A DNA stretch of 64,000 nucleotides from Bacteroidales bacterium (GCA_028282585.1 JANQHR010000020.1:1-64000); one strand, 5' to 3'; positions 20,560 to 31,280 are shown, counted from the first letter of the stretch. Program-made: numbers and translations. Notes: generated from the letters alone by a model not told the origin.

Positions 20560-21480
20560 TTACTGCATTAATTCCATGAAACAATCTTCAATATTTGCTT
20601 CTATTTCTTGAATCTTAACTCCCGAATGCCCCATTCTATTTAATTCTGGGGCCAGGCCTTTTAAATCATCATAGCCCGGTTTAACGGTTATGTGTAAGTA
20701 TTCGCCAAATGGAAAAACGGTATGAATTCTGTTATCCGTTTTTAAATCTTGAATTAATTGATAAATATTATCGGATTTAATAGCCCAAAGCTTTCTGCCA
20801 AAGTTTTCTATTATCTTTTGAGGCGTATCAATTGACATAATCTCTCCGTTTTGGATCAAAGCAACACGGCCGCATAAATTAGCTTCGTCCATATAAGGTG
20901 TTGACACTAAAATTGTAATGCCTTTTTCCTTTAACCGGATTAACATTTCCCAGAATTCTTTTCTCGAAACAGCATCAACACCAGTTGTAGGTTCATCGAG
21001 TATTAATATTTCCGGGCTGTGAATTAAAGCACAAGAAAGTGCCAACTTTTGCTTCATCCCTCCTGAGAGTTTTCCAGCTTTTCTGGTTTTAAATGGTTCA
21101 ATCTGAACATATATATCTTTGATCAGGGAATAGTTTTCTTCAATTGTAGTGCCAAAAATCCTTGCAAAAAATTCTAAGTTTTCTTCAACGGTAAGGTCTT
21201 GATACAACGAAAACCGTTGTGGCATATACCCCAGGTGGTTTCGGATTTTTTTATAATCACTTACTACATTTAAATCCATTATGTTAGCACTTCCTTCTGT
21301 TGGAAACATGAGTGTGGTAAGAATCCGAAATATAGTTGTCTTTCCTGCCCCGTCGGGGCCAATTAATCCAAATAGTTCGTCTTTTGAAACTGAGAAATCT
21401 ATTCCCTTTACTGCTTCTACGCTATCGTATGTTTTTTTTAGCCCTTTAACGCTTACAATATGTCCTTGTGCATTGCTCAT
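20560..21480 (-). CDS. ABC transporter ATP-binding protein
   Basis: GPDGAGKT, LSGGMKQK, ILDEPTTGVD. Start set at ATG 21480. Confidence 0.9.
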   Translation of the reverse strand: MSNAQGHIVSVKGLKKTYDSVEAVKGIDFSVSKDELFGLIGPDGAGKTTIFRILTTLMFPTEGSANIMDLNVVSDYKKIRNHLGYMPQRFSLYQDLTVEENLEFFARIFGTTIEENYSLIKDIYVQIEPFKTRKAGKLSGGMKQKLALSCALIHSPEILILDEPTTGVDAVSRKEFWEMLIRLKEKGITILVSTPYMDEANLCGRVALIQNGEIMSIDTPQKIIENFGRKLWAIKSDNIYQLIQDLKTDNRIHTVFPFGEYLHITVKPGYDDLKGLAPELNRMGHSGVKIQEIEANIEDCFMELMQ

Positions 21481-21502
21481 TCTTCCGGTCAATTTTAATT
21501 AC

Positions 21503-22384
21503 TTAACCAAATATTACTTCACCTGGCATTCCGATTTTTAACTTCCCATCATTTTTAACCCTGATTTTTACTGCATAAACCATATTTACGCGTTCTTCCT
21601 TTGTTTGTATTATTTTTGGTGTAAACTCTGTTTGATCTGAAATCCAATAAATCTCACCCTCATATTCTTCGAACGAATCTTCATTCTTATCGATAAGTAC
21701 TTTTACTTTTTGCCCCAACTCAATACTGGAAAGTTGGGCTCCGCTAACATAAACTCTTAATTCTATCTCGTCGAGGTACGCAATTTTATACAATGCTTTA
21801 CCTGTAATTGCTATTTCATTTTCTTCCAGGTATTTTTCGAGGACGGTTCCATTAACCGGGTTGGTTATAATAGCTCTTTTGATTTGGTCATCAATAAGTT
21901 TAATTTGCTTATCGTATATATCCATTTCTTTTGTTGTGGATGTAATCTGAGTTTTGGTAGTGATAATTTGCTTTACTAAAACATCGTAATTTCCCTGAAC
22001 CTCGTCCAATTGTTGCTGGGTTGCAGCATGATCCTTAAATAAGTTTTCAATTCGGTTTTTCTCAATCTCAAGGTTAGCTTTTTGCTCCTCTTGCACTGCA
22101 ATTTGAGCTTTAATATTAATTAGTTTAGTTGCTACTGCTTGCTTTTGAACCTGGAATTGTTCCTTTTGAATAGATAAAGGAATGGTATCTATGTACCCTA
22201 CAAAATCGCCTTTTACTAATTTATCTCCTTCTTCAATTTTAAACTCTTTTAGCTTACCTTGAGCTTCGGCACTAATAATTACTTCCTTTGCTTCAAAATT
22301 TCCATACGCATCGGAACCATTTTCATTTCCATTGCATGCAACTATTAATAAAGGAAGTACCCAAATAAATATTTTTGCTTTCAT
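21503..22384 (-). CDS. HlyD-family efflux membrane fusion lipoprotein (YbhG-like)
   Basis: Lipobox-like IVAC, coiled coil, EFTPKIIQTKEER, LKIGMPG. Confidence 0.85.
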   Translation of the reverse strand: MKAKIFIWVLPLLIVACNGNENGSDAYGNFEAKEVIISAEAQGKLKEFKIEEGDKLVKGDFVGYIDTIPLSIQKEQFQVQKQAVATKLINIKAQIAVQEEQKANLEIEKNRIENLFKDHAATQQQLDEVQGNYDVLVKQIITTKTQITSTTKEMDIYDKQIKLIDDQIKRAIITNPVNGTVLEKYLEENEIAITGKALYKIAYLDEIELRVYVSGAQLSSIELGQKVKVLIDKNEDSFEEYEGEIYWISDQTEFTPKIIQTKEERVNMVYAVKIRVKNDGKLKIGMPGEVIFG

Positions 22385-22391
22385 TTGTTCT

Positions 22392-22490
22392 AGAATTTAG
22401 TAATTAGTATCAAGTATCAAGATTTAGTATTTTCTTACTATTTCAATATGATTCTCAATTCCTAATTCATAATTTATAATTCGTAATTCT
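22392..22490. repeat. Two degenerate heptamer tandem arrays in the TolC-HlyD spacer
   Basis: AGTATCA-type units at 22392-22432; ATTCTCA ATTCCTA ATTCATA ATTTATA ATTCGTA at 22451-22485. Confidence 0.6.
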
Positions 22491-22491
22491 T

Positions 22492-23748
22492 TTATATCTC
22501 TCCTTTTAAATACAAGTAATTCACTTTTGATTGTACTAGCTGTAATTTGTGAGTCTCGTAATTTAGTTTCGCTTGAGTCTCAGCATTAAGTTCTGTTATA
22601 TATTCAGTTGAAGTAATTATTCCATTTTCAAGCTTGGCCCTTGCGCTCTCAGTTACCTCTTCTCGAAGTTTAATGATTTCTTTATCACTGATTAAAGTGC
22701 TTTGCATTGTAGCTATATTAGCTAATTCATTATGTACAGAAACCATTATTTGTTTATTAAAAGTTTCTTTTTGAGTTGTAATTAAATCTTTATTGATAAG
22801 TGCAACTTGCTTTTTTCTTTTTGTCTGGTTCCAGTCCCAAATGTTCCAAGTTAACCCTACTCCAACAATATAAAATGAATCAAACTCACTACTTACCATA
22901 TTTAATCCCGGTTTACCATAACCTAGCTGGGCAAATGAGTATAGCATAGGATTATTTTGCTTTGCTATTAACTCACCGGAAGCTTCGGTTTGCTTTATTT
23001 GAAGGTCAAAAAGATGATGTTCAGGCCTTGATAATTCTTCTCTTTCACTCATTTCGTAATCAGGAATTTTAAGCTTTACTTCAGAACTTATATCTAAACC
23101 TGTTAACTCAGAAAGAATTCGAATTGCCGCTAAACGTTGGTTAATTATTTCGGTAATGCTTTGTTTAATTTTCAATTTCTCAGCCTTTAGAACATTTAAT
23201 TCTGCACTTAGCACCACTCCATTCTTAACTGCAGATTCAATCATTTTTTCCTGGTTTTCAATATCTTCCAACATAAGATTCATCAATTCCTCATTTTTCT
23301 CGAGGATTAAAATTGAAAAATAAAATAAGTTGACCTGTTCTTTTAATTTATTCAGTTCCACTTGTGTATTTTGTTTTTTAACGCTCAAGTCAGTATTTTC
23401 TAACTGTTTTGTAGCCTTAATTCTTCCCCAATCATAGATTAGTTGGTTGATATCAATGGTAGCTTGATATTGGTCTTTTTCAGCTTCAAAGCCAAAACCC
23501 ATAGAAGGAATAGAAAGTTCCATTGCATCGGATTGATAGGTTGCTGTAGCATTCAAATCAGCACTTGGTAACCAACCGGCTTGGTGATTCTTTTGGTTCA
23601 AACTACTTAACTTCTCATTAATTGAAATCTGATTAATCAAAGGATAACTCACCATTAAATTTTCATAGCAATCGTTCAGGGTAATAAGATGTTCTTGCGC
23701 AAACAAACTGCCTGAAAATATCATAAATACAATCAAAAAAAATTTCAT
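22492..23748 (-). CDS. TolC family outer membrane efflux protein
   Basis: Signal peptide, QLIYDWG, LTWNIWDW, KLENGIIT; position in an efflux operon. Confidence 0.85.
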   Translation of the reverse strand: MKFFLIVFMIFSGSLFAQEHLITLNDCYENLMVSYPLINQISINEKLSSLNQKNHQAGWLPSADLNATATYQSDAMELSIPSMGFGFEAEKDQYQATIDINQLIYDWGRIKATKQLENTDLSVKKQNTQVELNKLKEQVNLFYFSILILEKNEELMNLMLEDIENQEKMIESAVKNGVVLSAELNVLKAEKLKIKQSITEIINQRLAAIRILSELTGLDISSEVKLKIPDYEMSEREELSRPEHHLFDLQIKQTEASGELIAKQNNPMLYSFAQLGYGKPGLNMVSSEFDSFYIVGVGLTWNIWDWNQTKRKKQVALINKDLITTQKETFNKQIMVSVHNELANIATMQSTLISDKEIIKLREEVTESARAKLENGIITSTEYITELNAETQAKLNYETHKLQLVQSKVNYLYLKGEI

Positions 23749-24371
23749 CAGGCTTTAATTGAATTAATTATAAACTCTTTCACAAACTCCTTACGTTGTT
23801 TAAGGAATTCATTATACTTCGCTTTATTATTTTCGAATAAAACCCCTTGTATAACCGGGCGCCCAATAATCGGAAATATGCACATGCCAATTATATTTAC
23901 CATCAAATTTCTTGCATCAACAGGTTTTAAAATTCCAGCTTCAACTTCAGTTTTGATCTGTTTATCAAAATTTTCAAGTATATCATTTTCAGTAAACTGG
24001 ATATTCTTTTCAAAAATATTTACTAAAATTTGAGGATTTCTATTTAATTCACTTAATACAAATGATGGTATAAAAGGGTGTTTGTATAATAAACTTATAT
24101 AATTATTTACAAAGAATTCTATTTTTTCAATTACCGGTTTATCCGACGACATCATCCCTAATGTTTTGGGTATAAATATTTTGAAGGCCTTTTCAAATAC
24201 CTTTTCAAACAATTTATCTTTTGTCCGATAATAATAATGCAATAAAGCTTTGTTTATTCCTGCTTTATCTGCAATTTCCTGCATTCTGGCTCCGCTCATC
24301 CCTTTTATCATAAATACATCTTCTGCCGCATCCAAAATTTTTTGTTCTGTGTTTTTTTCATGTTCTTTCAT
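23748..24371 (-). CDS. TetR/AcrR family transcriptional regulator
   Basis: KILDAAEDVF...GARMQEIADKAGINKALLHYYY. Start set at ATG 24371. Confidence 0.9.
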   Translation of the reverse strand: MKEHEKNTEQKILDAAEDVFMIKGMSGARMQEIADKAGINKALLHYYYRTKDKLFEKVFEKAFKIFIPKTLGMMSSDKPVIEKIEFFVNNYISLLYKHPFIPSFVLSELNRNPQILVNIFEKNIQFTENDILENFDKQIKTEVEAGILKPVDARNLMVNIIGMCIFPIIGRPVIQGVLFENNKAKYNEFLKQRKEFVKEFIINSIKA

Positions 24372-24384
24372 AAAGCTATATGTA

Positions 24385-24444
24385 TTAACTATATAATTTA
24401 ACCACATTGTTTAACTATTTGATTTAACCAATTGGTCAAATTTA
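24385..24444 (-). promoter_or_regulatory. Four tandem 13-bp TTAACYA units (probable TetR operator) abutting a TAAATTTG promoter
   Basis: Units start at 24385, 24398, 24411 and 24424; the last forms the near-palindrome TTAACCAATTGGTCAA; -7 element at 24437-24444 on the minus strand. Confidence 0.65.
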
Positions 24445-24650
24445 CGATTTTTTTTAATTATTGGTTATATTATTCCTTGCTTTTTTTATAAACCTTCATA
24501 TAACTACCTGATAAACTGCATTATATTTTTGATTTGACTTTGTTTTATATTTTAAAAAAAAAATTGATTTATTAGCTCAATAAGTTTTTTTAAATTTTTA
24601 AATTTGTATAATCCTTTATGATAAATCCATTTTAACCTAAAATCATTTTT

Positions 24651-25352
24651 ATGAGTACCAAAAGATATTATTTGATCATCTTGCTTTTATTATCAACAAT
24701 AGCCTTAAATGCTCAAAACATTAGAAATAAACAATTCTCTTTATTTAGTTACAAACTTTCGGTTTCTAATGATTTTGCAGAGGAAATATTAGAATTAGAG
24801 CCATTTATTGATAATATTAAAACATATAATGATCCGGGCAACGAAAAGTTAAAAGCAATTTTAATACATATCATTTATTATAACTTAAAGGAAAAGCTTG
24901 AAGAAGAATTGGAAATGGAGATTCTTCCAATCAACACATTCATGCGAAACGTTAAATATGATGATTATGGTTATCCCGATGCAAATATCAGGCAAGCGTT
25001 AAGAAAAGGAAATTCTCGATTTTATTTTAGTGTTAATGCCAATTTGAAATCATTAACAAAAGATAAACGCAATGAAAATCCCGAAATATTTGAAGACGTG
25101 GATAATCCGGTAGTTTACCCTGAATTAACTATTGAAGTTACTGTTTTTAATAATGAAGGAATTATTCCTGTAGCTAAGTGGATCGGTACAACCACACCAA
25201 AGTATCCATTAGAAATAAATGAATATTTATTAAAGGGGTTTGATAACACTGAAATGGAGATCTTACCGGCAGAAGCCCAGCAAACAGATAATCTCTACTT
25301 AATGCTGGATAGGTCTATTCATAATGCTATTCAGGATCATTACAACGATTAG
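24651..25352 (+). CDS. Hypothetical exported protein
   Basis: 233-aa ORF with signal peptide; no family recognised. Confidence 0.6.
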   Translation: MSTKRYYLIILLLLSTIALNAQNIRNKQFSLFSYKLSVSNDFAEEILELEPFIDNIKTYNDPGNEKLKAILIHIIYYNLKEKLEEELEMEILPINTFMRNVKYDDYGYPDANIRQALRKGNSRFYFSVNANLKSLTKDKRNENPEIFEDVDNPVVYPELTIEVTVFNNEGIIPVAKWIGTTTPKYPLEINEYLLKGFDNTEMEILPAEAQQTDNLYLMLDRSIHNAIQDHYND

Positions 25353-25355
25353 TAT

Positions 25356-26411
25356 ATGCAATCCTATCATTCCATAGGATTAATGTCAGGAACTTCTTTA
25401 GATGGTCTTGATATTATCTTGTGCAAATTCTCTTTTAATAAGAACTGGAACTTTAAGATAATTAAGTGTCATACAATTGAATATTCAAAAGAATGGTATG
25501 CTAAATTGTATTCAGCACCAACTCTTTCAGGTTTTGAGCTATCCCTCTTACATAAAGAATATGGTTCGTACATTGGGGATTGTGTTAAAAAATTTCTTAA
25601 AGATATCTCAATTGATATAGATTTAATAGCTTCTCACGGACATACGGTTTTTCACCAACCCGATAAAAAATTAACCCTACAAATTGGAGATGGACAAGAA
25701 ATTGCCATCAAAACTGGTATTAAAACTATTAGTGATTTTCGCTCATTGGATGTCGCTATGGGCGGACAGGGAGCTCCGCTTGTTCCCATTGGTGATAAGT
25801 TGCTTTTTTCTGATTATGATTATTGCATAAATATTGGTGGTTTCGCAAATGTGTCATTCGAAGAAAGTGAAATAAGATATGCATATGACATATGCCCGGC
25901 TAACATTATATTAAATTATTTAGCAAATAAATTAGGGCAACCATATGATAAAAATGGAGCACTTGGTTTATTAGGTAAAATAAACCATAACCTTTTAGAA
26001 AAGTTAAACTCTCTCAAGTATTACTCTCAAAGTCATCCCAAATCTTTAGGAAAAGAATGGTTAGACAATACATTTTTACCCGTTATTAAGGATACCAAAA
26101 TTACTTTTCATGATCAATTACGAACTGTATATGAACACATTGCATTACAGATTTCTCGTGCAATAAATTCCGATCAAAACTCTAAAACGTTATTAACCGG
26201 TGGTGGTACATATAACAAATTATTAATTAATCTTATAAAACATAACAATTCCTCTGAAATTATTATTCCGGATAAAAAAATTATTGAATATAAAGAAGCA
26301 TTAATTTTTGCCTTATTGGGCACACTAAAATTGAAGAATCAAGTAAATACCCTCGCATCTGTAACCGGTGCAAGTAAAAATTCTTCATCAGGAATTCTAT
26401 ACAACCCGTAG
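25356..26411 (+). CDS. anmK: Anhydro-N-acetylmuramic acid kinase
   Basis: GLMSGTSLDGLD, SHGHTVFH, DFRSLD, GGQGAPLVP, NIGGFAN. Confidence 0.92.
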   Translation: MQSYHSIGLMSGTSLDGLDIILCKFSFNKNWNFKIIKCHTIEYSKEWYAKLYSAPTLSGFELSLLHKEYGSYIGDCVKKFLKDISIDIDLIASHGHTVFHQPDKKLTLQIGDGQEIAIKTGIKTISDFRSLDVAMGGQGAPLVPIGDKLLFSDYDYCINIGGFANVSFEESEIRYAYDICPANIILNYLANKLGQPYDKNGALGLLGKINHNLLEKLNSLKYYSQSHPKSLGKEWLDNTFLPVIKDTKITFHDQLRTVYEHIALQISRAINSDQNSKTLLTGGGTYNKLLINLIKHNNSSEIIIPDKKIIEYKEALIFALLGTLKLKNQVNTLASVTGASKNSSSGILYNP

Positions 26412-26518
26412 TTAAAAAACATTAAACTATTTATGTTAATTTTTGTCTATAATTTTGTTCCTTAATACGAGCAATTGTATTTTTAACGTCCTTTTATCGA
26501 TCATAAAAATTAAGTTAT

Positions 26519-27658
26519 ATGGAAAATTTTACTGCCTATAATCCAACCAAATTACATTTTGGTAAGGGAGTTACTGAGAAACTAAGCGAAACAGTTCTCG
26601 AATTTGGGAAAAAAGTTTTATTACTTTATGGAAAAGGGTCTGTTCAAAGAAATGGTATTTATGATAACGTTGTTAAACAACTAGGTTCTATAAAAGCGGA
26701 AATCTTTGAATACGGCGGAATCAAACCAAATCCCTTGGTAGATGATGTCCTGGAAGCCGCTCAAATAGGTAAACTAAATAATGTTGATGTTATTGTTGCA
26801 GTTGGTGGAGGAAGCGTTATTGATTCGGCTAAAATAACTGCTTTGTCAATAGCCAATAATACTGATCCATGGGCCATCATGAAATATAAAGTAAAGCCTA
26901 AAAAAACTGTTCCGTTAATTGCAGTTTTAACACTTGCAGCCACAGGAACTGAAATGAACGGTGCTGCAGTTCTTCAAAATCATAAGACGAATGAAAAAAT
27001 CGGATATGTATCTTCTTTAAATTATCCGAAACACTCATTTCTTGATCCGGAATTTACATTTACTGTTCCAAAAAATTATACAGCATATGGCATAGTAGAT
27101 TTGATAGCCCATACGTTAGAAGCATATTTCGGTGAAGGTGAAGCGTCATTGTCTGATCGCTTTGTAGAAGTAATTATAAAAGAAGCTATGGAATATGGTC
27201 CACATGTTTTAAAGGAACCGCAAAATTATGATTATCGTGCTAATATTATGTGGGCTGCAACTAATGCACTCAACGGTTTAACAAACTACGGACGTAAAAA
27301 TGGAGATTGGGGTGTTCACGGTATTGGTCATAATATATCGTATTTATTTGACACACCTCATGGTGCAACTCTTTCCATTGCATATCCTGCATGGTTAAAA
27401 CTTCAAAAAGATCGAATTCCGGAGAGGATTACCAAGTTAGGAAATCAACTATTTGGAACAAATTCGGTTGATGATACTATTGAGCGTATTGAAAATTTCT
27501 TTAAGTCAATCAATTGCCCAATTAGATTGTCAGATATTAATATTGGAGAAGATAAAAAAGAAGAAATTATTGAACAAATGCTTAATACTAAAATAAATGG
27601 TATGGTTCATGAATTTACTGATGAAGATCGTAAAAAAGTTGTTGAATTAATGATGTAA
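26519..27658 (+). CDS. Iron-containing alcohol (butanol) dehydrogenase, BdhA/YqhD-like
   Basis: NPTKLHFGKG, AVGGGSVIDSAK, TLAATGTEMN, HGIGH, HGATL. Confidence 0.88.
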   Translation: MENFTAYNPTKLHFGKGVTEKLSETVLEFGKKVLLLYGKGSVQRNGIYDNVVKQLGSIKAEIFEYGGIKPNPLVDDVLEAAQIGKLNNVDVIVAVGGGSVIDSAKITALSIANNTDPWAIMKYKVKPKKTVPLIAVLTLAATGTEMNGAAVLQNHKTNEKIGYVSSLNYPKHSFLDPEFTFTVPKNYTAYGIVDLIAHTLEAYFGEGEASLSDRFVEVIIKEAMEYGPHVLKEPQNYDYRANIMWAATNALNGLTNYGRKNGDWGVHGIGHNISYLFDTPHGATLSIAYPAWLKLQKDRIPERITKLGNQLFGTNSVDDTIERIENFFKSINCPIRLSDINIGEDKKEEIIEQMLNTKINGMVHEFTDEDRKKVVELMM

Positions 27659-27742
27659 AACACATTCACTTTTTTAGTTTAATTATTTTCATATTTTTGT
27701 CAAACTCAAGTATAAAAAAAACAAATCATAAATAAATTAACT

Positions 27743-29413
27743 ATGAAAAAAACGCTATTAACTATTTCGTTAACTCTAATTTCAGTTCTTCTGATAAATA
27801 CAGGTTTTGCCTGTACAAACTTCTTAATCACGAAAGGAGCATCAACTGATGGTTCTACTATGGTTACATATGCTGCAGATGCACATGTACTTTATGGTGA
27901 GTTATATCATTGGCCTGCTGCAGATTACCCTAAAGGAACTATGTTGAAGGTGTATGAGTGGGATACCGGAAAATACTTAGGTGAAATTGACCAGGTTGAG
28001 CGTACGTATAATGTAGTTGGAAATATGAACGAATTCCAGCTTGCAATTGGTGAAACTACATTTGGGGGGCGTTCCGAATTAAAAGACTCAACAGGTATAG
28101 TTGATTATGGTAGCTTAATTTACATTACATTGCAAAGAGCAAGAACAGCTCGTGAAGCTATCAAGGTAATGAGCAATCTAGTCAAAAAATATGGTTATTA
28201 TAGTTCAGGAGAGTCTTTTTCTATTGCTGATCCGAACGAGGTATGGATTATGGAATTAATTGGTAAAGGCCCAGGTATTACCGGTGCGGTTTGGGTAGCG
28301 CGTCAAATTCCGGATGGCTATATTTCCGGACACGCTAACCAAGCAAGAATTACAACTTTCCCATTCCAAAAAGAGAATAATTTTAATGATCCTAACCAAA
28401 CTACTTACCATTCACCTGATGTAATCTCATTTGCTCGTGAAATGGGATATTTTGATGGAAAAGATAAAGAATTTAGTTTTTCTGATACTTATGCTCCTCT
28501 AGATTTTGGTGCTGCTCGCTTTTGTGAAGCACGTGTTTACGCAGGTTTTAACAGGGTTGCTTCCGGTATGGAAAAATATGAAGATTATGCAATGGGTGAA
28601 AATCTTGAAAACAGAATGCCACTTTGGATTAAACCTGACAAGAAATTATCTGTTCGCGATGTAATGAATATGATGCGTGATTACTACCAAGATACTCCTA
28701 TGGATATGACTAAAGATGTTGGAGCTGGTCCATATAGTAGCATTGTTCGTTGGAGACCACTTTATTGGACCGTTGACGGTGAAAAATATTTCAATGAAAG
28801 AGCAATTTCTACTCAACAAACTGGATTTTCTTTTGTTTCTCAAAGCCGAAGTTGGTTACCTGATGCAGTTGGAGGAATTCTATGGTTTGGTGTTGATGAC
28901 ACATACTCAACAGTTTATGTACCAATGTACTCAAGCATGACCAAAATACCAAAACCTTTCGCAGTAGGTAATGGTTCAATTATGGAATTTAGTGAAACTT
29001 CTGCATTTTGGGCATTTAACCAAGTTTCTAATTTTGCTTATACCCGTTATTCTGCAATGATTCCAGAAATCCAAAAGGTACAGGACAAACTTGAGTTAGG
29101 ATTCATTGAAGAGGTTAAAGGAATAGATAAAGCGGCTGAAGAAATTTATAAAACGAATCCCGAACAAGCTGTTAAGTTTTTAACTGATTATTCAATTGTA
29201 CAAGCAAATAAAACGTTAAAATACTGGAAAAAACTATATGCCCATTTATTTACTAAATTTATGGATGGTAATATAAAAGAAGCCAGACCACTTCCTGAAG
29301 GCCAATATTATACTCCGCCTAAAGTTGAACAACCAGGTTATGGAGATGAATGGTATAAGTTTATTATTCAGGAAACCGGTGAAAAGTTTAAAGTAAAAGA
29401 TGAAGATGAATAG
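27743..29413 (+). CDS. C69 family dipeptidase
   Basis: Signal peptide then ACTN (N-terminal Cys nucleophile), NMNEFQLAIGETT, HANQARI. Confidence 0.88.
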   Translation: MKKTLLTISLTLISVLLINTGFACTNFLITKGASTDGSTMVTYAADAHVLYGELYHWPAADYPKGTMLKVYEWDTGKYLGEIDQVERTYNVVGNMNEFQLAIGETTFGGRSELKDSTGIVDYGSLIYITLQRARTAREAIKVMSNLVKKYGYYSSGESFSIADPNEVWIMELIGKGPGITGAVWVARQIPDGYISGHANQARITTFPFQKENNFNDPNQTTYHSPDVISFAREMGYFDGKDKEFSFSDTYAPLDFGAARFCEARVYAGFNRVASGMEKYEDYAMGENLENRMPLWIKPDKKLSVRDVMNMMRDYYQDTPMDMTKDVGAGPYSSIVRWRPLYWTVDGEKYFNERAISTQQTGFSFVSQSRSWLPDAVGGILWFGVDDTYSTVYVPMYSSMTKIPKPFAVGNGSIMEFSETSAFWAFNQVSNFAYTRYSAMIPEIQKVQDKLELGFIEEVKGIDKAAEEIYKTNPEQAVKFLTDYSIVQANKTLKYWKKLYAHLFTKFMDGNIKEARPLPEGQYYTPPKVEQPGYGDEWYKFIIQETGEKFKVKDEDE

Positions 29414-29455
29414 TCATCTTTGGTAAAGATTACTTTTATTTAAGAAGCATATTTT

Positions 29456-29488
29456 AAAGAATCCCTAAAATTTAGGGGTTCTTTTTTT
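29456..29488 (+). terminator. Intrinsic terminator
   Basis: AAAGAATCCCTAA...TTAGGGGTTCTTT followed by a T-run. Confidence 0.7.
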
Positions 29489-29558
29489 GTATTTTACAAT
29501 ACTGGATTTTTGATTCTATTATTTGTAAATTTGATAAAAACCATAAAACTATAAAACT

Positions 29559-30566
29559 ATGAAATTTTTAAAATGGCTTGGTATTGTATTAGCTTCTATT
29601 ATTGCTTTAATTTTATTAATTCCTTTGTTTTTACCTTCTGATTTTCATGTGGAAAGAAGTACAGAAATTGAGAGATCGCCTGAAATTGTTTTTCAAACTG
29701 CAGTTGACATGAATCAAAGAGCTAATTGGGATCCATGGTTAGAAATGGAACCAAATGCCGAGGTTAAAGTAGAAATGACTCCTGAAATCATTGGATCAGG
29801 TTATCATTGGAAAGGAATAGAAATTGGAGAAGGAAAAATGACAATTAAAGAATTTGTTCCAAATAAATTAATTAAATCCGATATAGAGTTCATTGCTCCT
29901 CGAAGCTCATCAGCACAAGTTATATGGAACTTTGAAAATTCTGATAAAGGAACAAAAGTAACCTGGGCTTTTGAAGGAGATTTATCGTACCCGTTAGAAA
30001 AATGGATGGGATTATTTATGGATATGATGCTTTCTGAATCATTTGAAAAAGGGTTAAAAAATTTTAAAGAACTTGTAGAAAGTAAACCGGAAATGACAGG
30101 TAGGACTGGAAATATATCTGAATCCCAATTTGAAGGATTAATTGGAGTAGCCATTAAAGAAAAATGTGAAATAAGTCAAGTTAGTTCAAAAATGATGCAA
30201 ATGTATTCATCATTAATGAAGCATCTTAATGAACATAACGAAGAAATAGCTGGGTTTCCTTTTACTATTTATCATTCCATGGAAGAAGATGGATTTATAA
30301 CTATTGAGTGTGGATTACCGGTTAGCAAGAAATTAGAAGAAAATGATAAAATTAAGTCGATTGAGCTACCTGCAGGTAATACAATAATGGCATCGCATTT
30401 TGGGCATTATACTACTTTAAAATTAACTTATGAGGCAATACAAAAATACATTGAAGAGAATAATCTTGAAATTATTGGTGCTCCATTCGAAGTTTATGTA
30501 ACCGATCCAATACAAGAACCTGACCAAAGTAAGTGGGAAACCAAGGTATATTTTCCAATAAAGTAA
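29559..30566 (+). CDS. SRPBCC + GyrI-like ligand-binding protein
   Basis: N-terminal TM, VERSTEI, WDPW, C-terminal H.G.Y and FEVYVTDP...W.T.VYFP. Confidence 0.8.
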   Translation: MKFLKWLGIVLASIIALILLIPLFLPSDFHVERSTEIERSPEIVFQTAVDMNQRANWDPWLEMEPNAEVKVEMTPEIIGSGYHWKGIEIGEGKMTIKEFVPNKLIKSDIEFIAPRSSSAQVIWNFENSDKGTKVTWAFEGDLSYPLEKWMGLFMDMMLSESFEKGLKNFKELVESKPEMTGRTGNISESQFEGLIGVAIKEKCEISQVSSKMMQMYSSLMKHLNEHNEEIAGFPFTIYHSMEEDGFITIECGLPVSKKLEENDKIKSIELPAGNTIMASHFGHYTTLKLTYEAIQKYIEENNLEIIGAPFEVYVTDPIQEPDQSKWETKVYFPIK

Positions 30567-30590
30567 TTATCTTTTTGAATTCAAAATTGG

Positions 30591-30744
30591 AGGTTGTCTA
30601 AAAAGACTCGAAGGCGTCATTGCGAACGTACCGTTGATTCTTATAATCAAGAGGTTATTTGCCCATAGCAGGCAGGCTTCGTCCTCCACGATAGCTTTAG
30701 GGACTCCACGTAATGACGTTGGATTTTGACTTTTTGTACAACCT
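30591..30744. repeat. Degenerate palindromic (REP/MITE-like) element
   Basis: Termini AGGTTGTCTAAAAAG / CTTTTTGTACAACCT; inner stem CGTCATTGCG / CGTAATGACG; GC-richer than its flanks. Confidence 0.6.
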
Positions 30745-30932
30745 TTTTTATGATTTAAGAATGTTTTTTAATTTCTAAACATTAACACCTCTTCGCAATT
30801 AATCAAAACCGCAAAAAAAATGTAAAGCACTTTCATTTTTAAACAAAAAAATTATAAGTTATAAAAAAAAAATCGTAATATTGCGCTCTGTTAAAAATAC
30901 GGAATACAAAATTTTTTAAATAGTATATCAGG

Positions 30933-31280
30933 ATGGATTTAATTAAAGTTGTTGAAAATGAGTTCGCTGTAAAAAAGGATTTTCCTGAATTTAAAGCTGG
31001 TGATACGGTAACTGTACATTACAAAATTAAAGAAGGAAACAAAGAAAGAGTCCAAAATTACAGAGGCGTTGTTCTTCAAAGAAGAGGATACGGACAAAAC
31101 GAAACTTTTACTGTTAGAAAAATGTCAAGTGGTGTCGGTGTAGAAAGAATTTTCCCTATAAACTCGCCTTTTATTGAAGAAATTGAAGTTAACAAAAGAG
31201 GTAGAGTTAGACGTGCAAGAATTTTCTACCTGCGTAATCTAACTGGTAAAAAAGCAAGAATCAAAGAAAAAAGATTTTAA
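30933..31280 (+). CDS. rplS: 50S ribosomal protein L19
   Basis: [43 protein letters not shown]. Confidence 0.97.
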   Translation: MDLIKVVENEFAVKKDFPEFKAGDTVTVHYKIKEGNKERVQNYRGVVLQRRGYGQNETFTVRKMSSGVGVERIFPINSPFIEEIEVNKRGRVRRARIFYLRNLTGKKARIKEKRF

